Shown: positions 1-8,718 of the stretch, piece by piece
Layout: every line of letters starts with the position of its first letter
Numbering within the stretch: the first letter of the stretch is position 1
Assembly (NCBI RefSeq): GCF_914768025.1
Contig: NZ_CAJZCE010000001.1
Coordinates: 192,279 to 224,278, forward strand
Direction: 5' to 3'
Length of the DNA: 32,000 bases
Source: Snodgrassella gandavensis
GTDB taxonomy: Bacteria; Pseudomonadota; Gammaproteobacteria; Burkholderiales; Neisseriaceae
Notes under the pieces: generated by a model
What the model was told of the DNA's origin: nothing
What the model saw: the letters and a program-made list of their open reading frames with translations, nothing else
The model's database searches: none
Made by a program: the position numbers and the translations under genes

Positions 1-731
1 CGGATAAACTGCGCGCACAGGAAAATGTGGCTAAAGCAGAAGCGGAAATTGCTGCCCAGCAACAGGCGCATAAAGTTGCGCAGATGGATCTGGATAATAC
101 GCGCCAGCTTAGATCAGATGAGCTGGTATCTTCGCCGGAATTACGCCGGCGTCTGGCTGACCGCGATGCGGCTATTGCTAAAGTTAAAGCGGCACAGGCG
201 GCACGCGCTGAGGCACAGGCTGCGGTAAAACAGGCGCAGGCGCAAATTGATGCTACTTCTTCTGCAAACAACGATATGCTGATTCGGGCGCCTAAAGCCG
301 GTCGGGTTGAGTATCGTATTGCTGAAGCCGGTAATGTGCTGGGTGAGGGCTATAAGGTTGTGTCGCTGTTAGACCCAACTGATGTGACGCTGTCGGTGTA
401 TTTGCCCACGGATACTATTGGTAAGCTGAAGCTTGGCGATGAAGCACGGATTATTCTGGATGGGATGAATGCAGTCTGGCCGGCAAAAGTGGATTTTATT
501 GATTCCAGTGCGCAATTTACGCCCAAATTTGTGGAAACGCTGAACGAGCGGCAAAAGCTGATGTATAAGGTTAAGCTAAGAATTCCGCCGCAGATTGCGT
601 TGCAATACAGTGGTTTGCTCAAGGGCGGCTTAACGGGTAACGGCTATATCCGTTTAGATAACAGTAAGGCATGGCCGCAGCAGTGGCAGGTTAATCTACC
701 CAGTATGAAACAATCAGCCAAAGGTGCCTGA
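1..731 (+). CDS. HlyD-family periplasmic adaptor (membrane fusion protein), 5'-truncated at window edge
   Basis: Frame 3 is open from base 3 (DKLRAQENVAKAEAEI...), so the GTG at 27 in the ORF track is not the real start. An Ala/Gln-rich coiled-coil segment is followed by LIRAPKAGRV and FTPKFVETLNERQKLMYKVKL, typical of YhiI/YbhG-type adaptors. The stop at 729-731 abuts or overlaps the next gene. Confidence 0.8.
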   Translation, partial: DKLRAQENVAKAEAEIAAQQQAHKVAQMDLDNTRQLRSDELVSSPELRRRLADRDAAIAKVKAAQAARAEAQAAVKQAQAQIDATSSANNDMLIRAPKAGRVEYRIAEAGNVLGEGYKVVSLLDPTDVTLSVYLPTDTIGKLKLGDEARIILDGMNAVWPAKVDFIDSSAQFTPKFVETLNERQKLMYKVKLRIPPQIALQYSGLLKGGLTGNGYIRLDNSKAWPQQWQVNLPSMKQSAKGA

Positions 732-3522
732 GATGGATAGTACTGCCAAAGAGCAGGCTGCGACAGGAGAAAACTGGGCTGTTGATTTACGCCATGTATC
801 TCACCAATACCGGCAAACGGTGGCGCTGCGCGATGTGTCGCTGCAAATCAGGCGTTGTGCCACGGTAGGCCTGATTGGGCCGGACGGGGTAGGTAAATCG
901 ACTTTGCTGTCGTTGATTGCTGGTGTGAAGATTATTCAGCAGGGCGAGGTGCTGGTATTTGGTGACAGCATGGCAGATAAGCACAGCCGTCAGCTGCTAA
1001 GCCATCGTATTGCATTTATGCCACAGGGGCTTGGCCAGAATCTGTATCCAACTTTATCAGTTAATGAAAATGTTGATTTCCATGCACGCTTATTCGGTTT
1101 GCGTGGCGCGATGCGGCATGAGCGTATTGCGCGTTTGTTGCAGGCTACGGGTCTGACACCTTTTGCCGACCGGCCGGCTGGTAAGCTGTCTGGCGGGATG
1201 AAGCAGAAGTTAAGCCTGTGTTGTGCGCTGGTACATAATCCTGAGTTGCTGATTCTGGATGAGCCAACTACTGGGGTTGACCCTTTATCACGACGGCAGT
1301 TCTGGCAGTTGATTGATCAATTGCGGCAGGAAAACCCGAATATGACGGTTATTGTGGCTACTGCCTATTTTGATGAAGCCAAACGCTTTGAATATTTGCT
1401 GGCAATGGATGATGGCCACCTGATTGTTAATGCACCGACGCAACAGGTATTGCAAGACACGCACACGGATACGCTGGAGCAGGCTTATGTGAAAATGCTA
1501 CCTGCGTCGAAACAGGACAAGGGCGGTAGTTTACAGTTGACGCCGTTTGTACCCGATAAGGATTCGCCACCGGCTATTGAGGCTAAAGATTTAACCAAGC
1601 GTTTCGGGGACTTTGTTGCAGTAAATAATGTTAGCTTTACGATTGAGCGTGGCGAAATTTTTGGTTTTCTGGGGTCAAATGGTTGCGGTAAATCGACAAC
1701 TATGAAAATGCTCACTGGTTTGCTGGACGCAAGCTCAGGTACTGCTCAGTTGCTTGGGCACACGGTTGATGCCGATGATATGACGACACGCATGAAAATT
1801 GGATACATGTCGCAGTCGTTTTCTTTATATGAGGAATTAACGGTACGGCAGAATCTGGTTCTTTCTGCTCGGCTATATCGTATGGATGCGGTGCAGATTG
1901 GTTCTTCGGTTCAGCAGTCTTTACAGCAGTTTGATCTGGTTGAATTTGCTGATATCCAGCCTAGTGAATTGCCTTTGGGTATCCGGCAGCGTTTGCAACT
2001 GGCGGCGGCCTGTCTGCACCATCCGCAGGTATTGATTCTGGACGAACCAACATCAGGGGTTGACCCAGTAGCCAGAGATATGTTCTGGCATCATCTGCTT
2101 GATTTATCGCGGCATAATCGCACCACTATTTTTGTATCGACGCATTTTATGAATGAGGCAGAACGATGCGACCGCATATCGTTTATGCATCAGGGACGGG
2201 TGTTGGCTATTGGTACGCCTGCTGAGTTGTGCGCTAACAAGAATACAGATGATCTGGAAACAGCATTTATTGATTATTTGCAGGAAGCGGTAGACAAGAA
2301 TCAGGCTAATCAGCCAGCAACTGCCGAGCATAATCCGCCACAGGAAACCAAACTGGCGCAAACTGCTGGCAAGGCAATGAATGTTGATAGTTTTACTTAC
2401 TGGCTACAGACGGTATGGACGTTTGCTGTACGTGAAGGCAAGGAGTTGCTACGCGATAAAATCCGCCTGTTTTTTGCTTTGTTCGGGCCGGTTGTTTTAA
2501 TGATGATGGCTGCGTGGTCGGTGTCTTTTGATGTAGAGCATGTGAAATTTGCGGTATTGGATCGTGATCAAACGGTGGAAAGTCGTGCGTTAATCGAACA
2601 TTTTCAAGGTTCGCGCTATTTTACCTTTACCGGTAATCTGCATGATGCCAGTGAAGTTGACCAAACGCTGAAAATTTCGCGAGCCAGACTGGTTATTGAT
2701 ATTCCCCCACATTTTGGTCGCGATTTGCTGCGTGGTGATAAGCCGGAAGTAGGATTTTATGTAGATGGTACCATGCCGTTTATGGCGGAAAATATTAAAA
2801 GTTTTATTCTGGTGATATTGAATCGCTATGCTACGGCTGAATGGGCTCAGAAAGGTTTGCCGGTATCGCTCAAGCCTAATGCGCAGATTGCGCCGCGCTA
2901 TGTATACAATCAGGATTTTAAGAGTATTTTTGCAATAACACCCGGCATGATTATGATGGCGATGATGCTGATACCGGTTATGATGACGGCACTGGGGGTG
3001 GTACGCGAGCGGGAAATTGGTTCAATTACCAATCTGTATACATCCCCGGCTTCGGTAAGGCAGTTTCTGATTGGCAAGCAGATACCCTATGTGTTTGTTT
3101 CCTTTATCAGCTATCTGATTCTGGTGTGGCTGGCGGTAATAGTACTGGGTGTACCGGTACGTGGCAGTTTCTTTGCCATGAGTCTGGGGGCACTGGCGCT
3201 GATTTGTGCGGCCACCGCTTTTGGCTTACTTATTTCCAGTTTTGTTAAGTCACAGGTGGCGGCGATTTTTGGTTCTGCTATCTTGTCACTGATTCCGGCG
3301 CTGAATTTTTCCGGCCTGCTTTATCCCTTATCCACGCTAACTGGTGTGAATTACTGGTTTGGCTGGAGTTTTCCCACTGCATGGTATCAGTTAATCAGTC
3401 TGGGCGGTTTTACTAAAGGTTTGGGCTTTCTGGATTTTGTTAACTATTATCTGGTATTGCTGGCATTTTGTCTGGTGTATGTATTTTTGGCCGGCTGCTT
3501 ATTGAAAAAGCAGGAGGTGTAA
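724..3522 (+). CDS. rbbA: Fused ABC transporter: two ATPase domains plus a C-terminal ABC-2 permease domain (RbbA/YhiH-like)
   Basis: 932 aa with two Walker A motifs (GPDGVGKST, GSNGCGKST), two ABC signatures (LSGGMKQKL, LPLGIRQRL) and two Walker B motifs (LLILDEPT, VLILDEPT). A multi-helix hydrophobic C-terminus follows. This architecture and its neighbours (adaptor upstream, ABC-2 permease downstream) match E. coli yhiI-rbbA-yhhJ. The start could be GTG 724 (8-nt overlap) or in-frame ATG 733. Confidence 0.85.
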   Translation: MPEMDSTAKEQAATGENWAVDLRHVSHQYRQTVALRDVSLQIRRCATVGLIGPDGVGKSTLLSLIAGVKIIQQGEVLVFGDSMADKHSRQLLSHRIAFMPQGLGQNLYPTLSVNENVDFHARLFGLRGAMRHERIARLLQATGLTPFADRPAGKLSGGMKQKLSLCCALVHNPELLILDEPTTGVDPLSRRQFWQLIDQLRQENPNMTVIVATAYFDEAKRFEYLLAMDDGHLIVNAPTQQVLQDTHTDTLEQAYVKMLPASKQDKGGSLQLTPFVPDKDSPPAIEAKDLTKRFGDFVAVNNVSFTIERGEIFGFLGSNGCGKSTTMKMLTGLLDASSGTAQLLGHTVDADDMTTRMKIGYMSQSFSLYEELTVRQNLVLSARLYRMDAVQIGSSVQQSLQQFDLVEFADIQPSELPLGIRQRLQLAAACLHHPQVLILDEPTSGVDPVARDMFWHHLLDLSRHNRTTIFVSTHFMNEAERCDRISFMHQGRVLAIGTPAELCANKNTDDLETAFIDYLQEAVDKNQANQPATAEHNPPQETKLAQTAGKAMNVDSFTYWLQTVWTFAVREGKELLRDKIRLFFALFGPVVLMMMAAWSVSFDVEHVKFAVLDRDQTVESRALIEHFQGSRYFTFTGNLHDASEVDQTLKISRARLVIDIPPHFGRDLLRGDKPEVGFYVDGTMPFMAENIKSFILVILNRYATAEWAQKGLPVSLKPNAQIAPRYVYNQDFKSIFAITPGMIMMAMMLIPVMMTALGVVREREIGSITNLYTSPASVRQFLIGKQIPYVFVSFISYLILVWLAVIVLGVPVRGSFFAMSLGALALICAATAFGLLISSFVKSQVAAIFGSAILSLIPALNFSGLLYPLSTLTGVNYWFGWSFPTAWYQLISLGGFTKGLGFLDFVNYYLVLLAFCLVYVFLAGCLLKKQEV

Positions 3523-4650
3523 ATGCTGCAATGGTTTAAAAATGTGTGGGTACTGAGTATTAAAGAACTGAAAAGCCTGCTGAGCGATGTGGTACTGATT
3601 GCCCTGATGGTGGTGGTGTTGTCTGTAGCCATATATTCTGTGGCCACCAGTATTTCCACGGAAGTGCGACATGCTTCTGTGGCGGTAATGGATGCAGACC
3701 ACAGTATTCTGTCTTACCGGATTCGTGACTCTTTGCTGGAACCATACTTCAAGCCGCCGGTAGAGGTAAAGCGCGAGGAAATTGATGCGGCCATGGATAA
3801 AGGCGATTACGTGTTTGTGCTGGATATTCCGGCTAATTTTGAACGTGATGTGCTGGCAGGGCGTTCGCCTACCATTCAGGTACTGGCTGATGCCACTTCG
3901 GTAACGCAGGCTGGTATTGGTTTTAATTATTTAAGCCAGATAATTGATGCTCAGACACGCTCATTTTTACATCAGCCGGTGGCGGCTGAGTATTCGCCGG
4001 TGACTCCGGTGCTGAATATCCAGTTTAATCCCAATGGTGAATCTTCATGGTTTATCGCTACGATGAATGTGATATCAAATCTGACTTTACTGGCAATTAT
4101 TCTGGTCGGTGCAGCAGTAATTCGTGAGCGTGAGCACGGGACGATTGAGCAGTTGCTGGTGATGCCGGTACACCCCAGTGAAATTGTTATGGCCAAGATT
4201 TTTGCTAATGGTGCGGTGATTTCGGTGGCTTCTCTGCTGTCGCTGTGGCTGGTGATTGAGGGCTGGCTGGGTATTCCGATTAATGGTTCGGTGTCTTTGT
4301 TTAGTCTGGGTATGTTGATTTATTTGTTTTCTGTGGCTTCGCTGGGTATCTGGTTTGCGACGCTGGCACCAACCATGCCGCAATTTGGTTTGTTGTGTTT
4401 GCCGATATATGTGGTCATGCGTTTGCTTTCAGGCTCAGAATCGCCGCTGGAAAGCATGCCGGCTTTTTTTCAGTATATAACTTGGTTTTCGCCAGAAACC
4501 CAGTTTACTCAGTTTAGTCAGGATGTGCTGTTTCGTAATGCTGGGCTGGATATTGTCTGGCCGAAAATTATGATGATGACAATCATGGGTGCGCTGTTTC
4601 TGGCTTTGGCTCTATCGCGCTTTCGTGGCATGCTGGCACAGCATTCTTAA
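3523..4650 (+). CDS. yhhJ: ABC-2 type transporter permease (YhhJ-like)
   Basis: 375 aa with an N-terminal TM helix, a large loop, then 5 hydrophobic helices, the ABC-2 membrane topology. A strong RBS (AGGAGGTG) lies just upstream, and ATG 3523 directly follows the rbbA stop. Confidence 0.8.
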   Translation: MLQWFKNVWVLSIKELKSLLSDVVLIALMVVVLSVAIYSVATSISTEVRHASVAVMDADHSILSYRIRDSLLEPYFKPPVEVKREEIDAAMDKGDYVFVLDIPANFERDVLAGRSPTIQVLADATSVTQAGIGFNYLSQIIDAQTRSFLHQPVAAEYSPVTPVLNIQFNPNGESSWFIATMNVISNLTLLAIILVGAAVIREREHGTIEQLLVMPVHPSEIVMAKIFANGAVISVASLLSLWLVIEGWLGIPINGSVSLFSLGMLIYLFSVASLGIWFATLAPTMPQFGLLCLPIYVVMRLLSGSESPLESMPAFFQYITWFSPETQFTQFSQDVLFRNAGLDIVWPKIMMMTIMGALFLALALSRFRGMLAQHS

Positions 4651-4684
4651 TGATGGTTGCGCCGGATTTTCGGGAAGTAAGGTA

Positions 4685-6163
4685 ATGAATAAAACATGGT
4701 TGCCGGTATTACTGGCTATGGGGTTAATGGCAGGCTGTGGCAGAACCGATATTCAGGTGAAATCTACTGTGGGTGTACCACAGCAGTTTGAGCACAGTGC
4801 GACAGCCCGCGGTGCAGCAGACATCAGCCGCTGGTGGCAGAGCTGGCCAGACCCAATATTGAACGACTTGATCAATACTGGCTTAAAGAATAACCGTAAT
4901 CTGGCCAAAATGAAAGCCAATATGCTTTCAGCCCGTGCCAGTGCAGCCGTGGCGGAGTCTGATCTTGGTCCGCAGGCTGAGGTGGAAAGCAGTGGCGGCT
5001 TACACCGCTACAATGGTGCCAATGCGCTCAAAGACCTGAATCTGCCGAGAATCGGTAATACTAAAGATTATTTACAGGCGACTGGTTCACCTTTGGGTGC
5101 CAATCGCAGTCGCTGGCATGGCAATATGGCGCAGGCGGGTTTTACCGCTAGCTGGGAACCGGATGTATTCGGGCAGAAGCGCAGTGATGCTGATGAAATG
5201 CATTATCTGAGTCTGAGCGAAACAGAACGCTGGCATGGTGCTCAGATGCTACTCAGTAGTGAGATTGCTGATAATTATCTGAAAATGCGTGCCATGCAGC
5301 AGCGGGCGAAAGTGGGTGAACACAGTGTGGCTACGCTCAAAGAATTGCAGCGCTATACAGTTGGTCGTTTTCGTGCTGGCCAGACTACAGCTTATGATGT
5401 AAGGGAAATTGCTGCCAAGCTGGCCGGTATGCAGGCACAGATTGCCACTTATCAGGCACAGGCAGATGTATACCAACGCAATATCGCGGTATTAACCGGC
5501 CAGCCACCGCAGGGTTTTGCTATTGCTCCTGCGTCTCTGGACATTTTTCAGCATTTACCTTCGGCACCTGCTGGACAGTTACCATTGGAGGTCATTATCC
5601 GGCGGCCGGACATTCGTACTCAGGAAAATGTGGTGAAAGCGATGAGCGCTGGGCTGGCCAGTGCTAAAGCAGATCGGCTGCCGCGTTTTACACTTAATTT
5701 TTTATGGCAAACTGGCCAGATACATTTAAATAACAATACATCATATTTAAAAAATATTGTTGGCCTGCTTGATGCTGGTATGACAATTCCAGTATTCACC
5801 GCCGGCCGTATTAAACATAATATTGAAAGAGCAGATGCCCAGTTACAGGCAGCTATTGCTGCGTATGATAATATGATTTTGCAGGCGCTGGCCGAAGTAG
5901 ATAATGCTTATCAGATGCAGTTTAGCCTGTACCAGCAAACCCAGTTAATGCATCTGGCGCAAACGCAGGCGGCCAGTCAGGCCAGTGCAGCCGAGAAACT
6001 GTTTCGCTTTGGCGATATGACACTAGATCGCAGTTTGCGGGCACGTTTGAATGCAGAAGATTTGGCTGATAAACAGATTCAGAGCCGGTTGGAAGAAGCG
6101 CGTAATCTGGTCAATCTGTACAAGACACTTGGCGGTGGCTGGCAGGGCAGTGATGCAGAATAG
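4685..6163 (+). CDS. Outer-membrane efflux lipoprotein, NodT/OprM family
   Basis: I prefer ATG 4685 over the track's 4589. It gives MNKTWLPVLLAMGLMAGC|GRTD, a lipoprotein signal peptide with a lipobox Cys. The rest has two OEP-type repeats and ends with a typical LYKTLGGGW motif. Confidence 0.85.
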   Translation: MNKTWLPVLLAMGLMAGCGRTDIQVKSTVGVPQQFEHSATARGAADISRWWQSWPDPILNDLINTGLKNNRNLAKMKANMLSARASAAVAESDLGPQAEVESSGGLHRYNGANALKDLNLPRIGNTKDYLQATGSPLGANRSRWHGNMAQAGFTASWEPDVFGQKRSDADEMHYLSLSETERWHGAQMLLSSEIADNYLKMRAMQQRAKVGEHSVATLKELQRYTVGRFRAGQTTAYDVREIAAKLAGMQAQIATYQAQADVYQRNIAVLTGQPPQGFAIAPASLDIFQHLPSAPAGQLPLEVIIRRPDIRTQENVVKAMSAGLASAKADRLPRFTLNFLWQTGQIHLNNNTSYLKNIVGLLDAGMTIPVFTAGRIKHNIERADAQLQAAIAAYDNMILQALAEVDNAYQMQFSLYQQTQLMHLAQTQAASQASAAEKLFRFGDMTLDRSLRARLNAEDLADKQIQSRLEEARNLVNLYKTLGGGWQGSDAE

Positions 6164-6356
6164 CCAATACGCGCAACAGGATTTAGTTTCCGGACTGCAT
6201 CGGTAATTTAATAATTTAATAGTGTAATTACAAAGTAGAACTGATAAGGTTGAATAGTGGTGACAATATTACTCTGGCACTTTAATCAATAAAAATAGTA
6301 TTATTGATAATTGAACGGAATATTTTAATACGCTTTTTTTGGTCTGGGAGCCATAT

Positions 6357-7919
6357 ATGCCGCTGTGTATTACTCGATCCACAATATGGCTGATGCTAAC
6401 TTTGATTGTTGTATTCGGATTGAATGCCTGTGCTACTTTGCAATATCAGCCGGTGGCAACGCTTGATCATATTAATGAAAGTAAGGGCTATCGACTGCAA
6501 AATGCTTTATTAAACAATAATACGGATAAAAGAGATGATGTAATTGGTATTGTTATGTTCTCTGGTGGCGGCACACGTGCAGCAGCCTTTGGCTACGGCG
6601 TTCTTGAATCGCTGAAAAAGCAGCAGGTGAAAATTGGTGGCAGACAAACCAGTCTGCTCGATACAGTGGATGTGGCCTATGGCATTTCTGGCGGTTCTGT
6701 ACTGGCTACTTATTTTGGCTTACATGGTGCAGACACGATTCCCAGATTTGAGCATAATTTTCTCAATCAGAATTTACAGAAAATGCTTATCGGGCAGGTG
6801 TTTTCGATGGCAAACTGGTCGCGACTGGCTTCGCCGGAGTTTGGCCGCGGGGATTTGCTGCAGGAGCAGCTAGATTTACATTTATATCATGGTGCTACCT
6901 ATGCCGATTTAAATAATAAACGTCGAGGGCCGTTTGTTGTGATTAGTGCTACGGATATGAGTCTGGGCAGTCGGCTGGATTTTACGCAAGAATATTTTGA
7001 TGTGCTCTGTCTGGATTTAACCAAGGTACCTATTGCACGGGCAGTGGCTGCTTCCAGCGCAGTACCGTTGGTATTTGCTCCGGTAACACTGAATAACAAT
7101 GGTGGCAACTGTCACTATCAGTTACCTAATGATCTCGAGGACAGCAATACTGCGGATGCTACTGGTACCACTGCGTTTCGTGCTCAGACGCGCGCGGTTT
7201 ACCGTGCTAATCTGAAACAGTATCAGGATAGTCAGAAACGGCCTTATATTCACTTACTGGATGGTGGACTGACTGATAATCTTGGCTTGCGCAGTCTGCT
7301 GGATACGACAGAACTATATAGTAATAAAACTCTGTACGATCGTTTGGAATCGGCGAATATTCATAAAATCATTATTATTAATGTCAATGCACAGTCGCAG
7401 CGAAAAAATGAAATTGACAGTAGTGCCAGTGTCCCGGGTACGGCAGATGTAGTCAGGGCGTTGACCAGTATTCCGATTGAGAAGTATTCGGAAGATACGC
7501 AGCGTCAGTTTCAAAAATATGCTGAATGGTGGAACGAGAACCGTAGTGGGAACACGCCACGTGTCTATTATATTAGTGTGAATTTGCTGGATTTGCCGCC
7601 TTCGCCGTTGAGAGAAAAAGTAATTCATATACCGACTACATTTTATCTGGCTCATAGTGAAGTCAATAACCTGCGTAAGGCTGCTAAACAGTTGCTGACA
7701 CAATCTCCAGAGTATCAGCGGCTGATTAAAGACATTGGTGTGCCATCTTCAGCACCTAAGACGGAATCATTAACGCTATATGATGATGACGCATCTGATC
7801 CAGACTCTGATGCAGCGGCGGCGGATACCAAAAATTCTGATATGGTTGATAATCCACAAAATGATCTAAATAATGTAGTCAATTTTATCAATACTGAGTC
7901 GCTACCGTTGCTGCGCTGA
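6357..7919 (+). CDS. Patatin-like phospholipase, predicted lipoprotein
   Basis: Oxyanion motif SGGGTRAAAFGYG, nucleophile elbow GISGG and catalytic Asp motif DGGLTDNLG are all present. Start ATG 6357 has RBS GGGAG at 6346-6350 and gives MPLCITRSTIWLMLTLIVVFGLNAC|A (lipobox). The C-terminal ~60 aa is acidic and low-complexity. Confidence 0.85.
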   Translation: MPLCITRSTIWLMLTLIVVFGLNACATLQYQPVATLDHINESKGYRLQNALLNNNTDKRDDVIGIVMFSGGGTRAAAFGYGVLESLKKQQVKIGGRQTSLLDTVDVAYGISGGSVLATYFGLHGADTIPRFEHNFLNQNLQKMLIGQVFSMANWSRLASPEFGRGDLLQEQLDLHLYHGATYADLNNKRRGPFVVISATDMSLGSRLDFTQEYFDVLCLDLTKVPIARAVAASSAVPLVFAPVTLNNNGGNCHYQLPNDLEDSNTADATGTTAFRAQTRAVYRANLKQYQDSQKRPYIHLLDGGLTDNLGLRSLLDTTELYSNKTLYDRLESANIHKIIIINVNAQSQRKNEIDSSASVPGTADVVRALTSIPIEKYSEDTQRQFQKYAEWWNENRSGNTPRVYYISVNLLDLPPSPLREKVIHIPTTFYLAHSEVNNLRKAAKQLLTQSPEYQRLIKDIGVPSSAPKTESLTLYDDDASDPDSDAAAADTKNSDMVDNPQNDLNNVVNFINTESLPLLR

Positions 7920-8030
7920 TTTATTTTGACCTGACTAAATAAATAGGTGGGTTAGCAAATAAGTGTGTATTTGTTGCGGTTACGTTTTGCCATTACTCAA
8001 TAAGTTTTTATATAAAAAATCATTATTAAT

Positions 8031-8067
8031 AAAGCCTGAAAGCTCTTTTTCAGGCTTTTTTGTTTTT
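8031..8067 (+). terminator. Rho-independent terminator after the patatin gene
   Basis: Perfect 11-bp stem AAAGCCTGAAA (8031-8041) / TTTCAGGCTTT (8048-8058), 6-nt loop, then TTTGTTTTT. Confidence 0.8.
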
Positions 8068-8262
8068 CTTTGCTGGTAAGCGCTCATTCGCCGCTCAGAA
8101 TCAATATATGGCTATTATCTGTCGATGGGGTTTTGGCCGGCCGGTTTGCCATTATTTTGTGTAAATTTTGTGTAGCGAAATGGAATTAGTTGGCTACTTA
8201 CTGAAGTAAATTTTTTAATTTGCAAGTTATGTTAATTTTATTTTCAATTTTTTTAGGAAAAA

Positions 8263-8385
8263 ATGGATTTTGTTGTAAAATGGCCACGGAGTGAGGTAAG
8301 AATAGTCGGTTTTCTAATTTGGATTCTTGGTATTATTTCAGTATGTTATGGCTTGTTACTTAGGTTGCGAAAAGCATTTATATAG
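8263..8385 (+). CDS. Candidate small membrane protein (40 aa), hypothetical
   Basis: ATG 8263 is preceded by AGGA (8255-8258). It translates to MDFVVKWPRSEVRIVGFLIWILGIISVCYGLLLRLRKAFI, one clear TM helix with a basic C-terminal flank. It is below the ORF-track size cutoff. T-rich DNA gives hydrophobic ORFs by chance, so confidence is low. Confidence 0.25.
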   Translation: MDFVVKWPRSEVRIVGFLIWILGIISVCYGLLLRLRKAFI

Positions 8386-8430
8386 CTTAATAATGATATA
8401 TGCAATTTATATAAATATATTTAAAAAAAA

Positions 8431-8502
8431 ATGGATTATTTAATTTGTATGCTAAATATAGCGTTATTGGGTTATTTTATAATTATTATATTTATAGCAT
8501 AA
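8431..8502 (+). CDS. Candidate 23-aa hydrophobic peptide, hypothetical
   Basis: ATG 8431 comes directly after an A8 run. It translates to MDYLICMLNIALLGYFIIIIFIA. It shares the start context AAAAAATGGATT with the 40-aa ORF. There is no clear SD sequence. Confidence 0.12.
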   Translation: MDYLICMLNIALLGYFIIIIFIA

Positions 8503-8698
8503 TTTATCCTTTGATTTTATTAGTATATTAATGAAATTTTCTAAACAAATTCTTAACTTTCTTCTTTTAAATCAATGAAAAAGTTGCTTAATTCGCCTTT
8601 TGTGGTAAGTGTGAATTTATTCTTACATATGACCTAAACGTGATTATTTAATTTAATTATATGCCTTTGGTGTTAACAAAATACCAAAGTTATCATTT

Positions 8699-8718
8699 AT
8701 TTTCATACCTATGAAAAT
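8699..8718. promoter_or_regulatory. Perfect 8-bp inverted repeat ATTTTCAT-N4-ATGAAAAT upstream of aspT (possible operator)
   Basis: Read directly from the sequence. It lies 66-85 bp upstream of the aspT ATG. The binding factor is unknown. Confidence 0.3.

Noticed and set aside
25-228. 67-aa plus-strand ORF at the left edge
   Set aside because: It overlaps the HlyD-family adaptor in another frame. Its Arg/Leu/Trp-rich product is characteristic of an off-frame reading of Ala/Gln-rich coiled-coil coding sequence.
4589-4684. N-terminal 32-codon extension of the outer-membrane factor ORF as given in the track
   Set aside because: The extension overlaps the end of yhhJ and encodes Cys/Trp-rich sequence. 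ATG 4685 instead yields a canonical lipoprotein signal peptide with a lipobox.
6285-6308. Inverted repeat ATCAATAA-N8-TTATTGAT upstream of the patatin gene as an operator
   Set aside because: The palindrome is real, but it is AT-only and sits in an AT-rich spacer. It matches no regulator consensus I recognise, and the half-site orientation is opposite to an FNR/CRP box. I note it only.
8423-8431. A9 homopolymer (and T7 at 6334..6340 upstream of the patatin gene) as possible phase-variation tracts
   Set aside because: The tracts are short and are A/T rather than G/C. They are not inside a confirmed coding region, so there is no basis in the sequence to claim slipped-strand switching.
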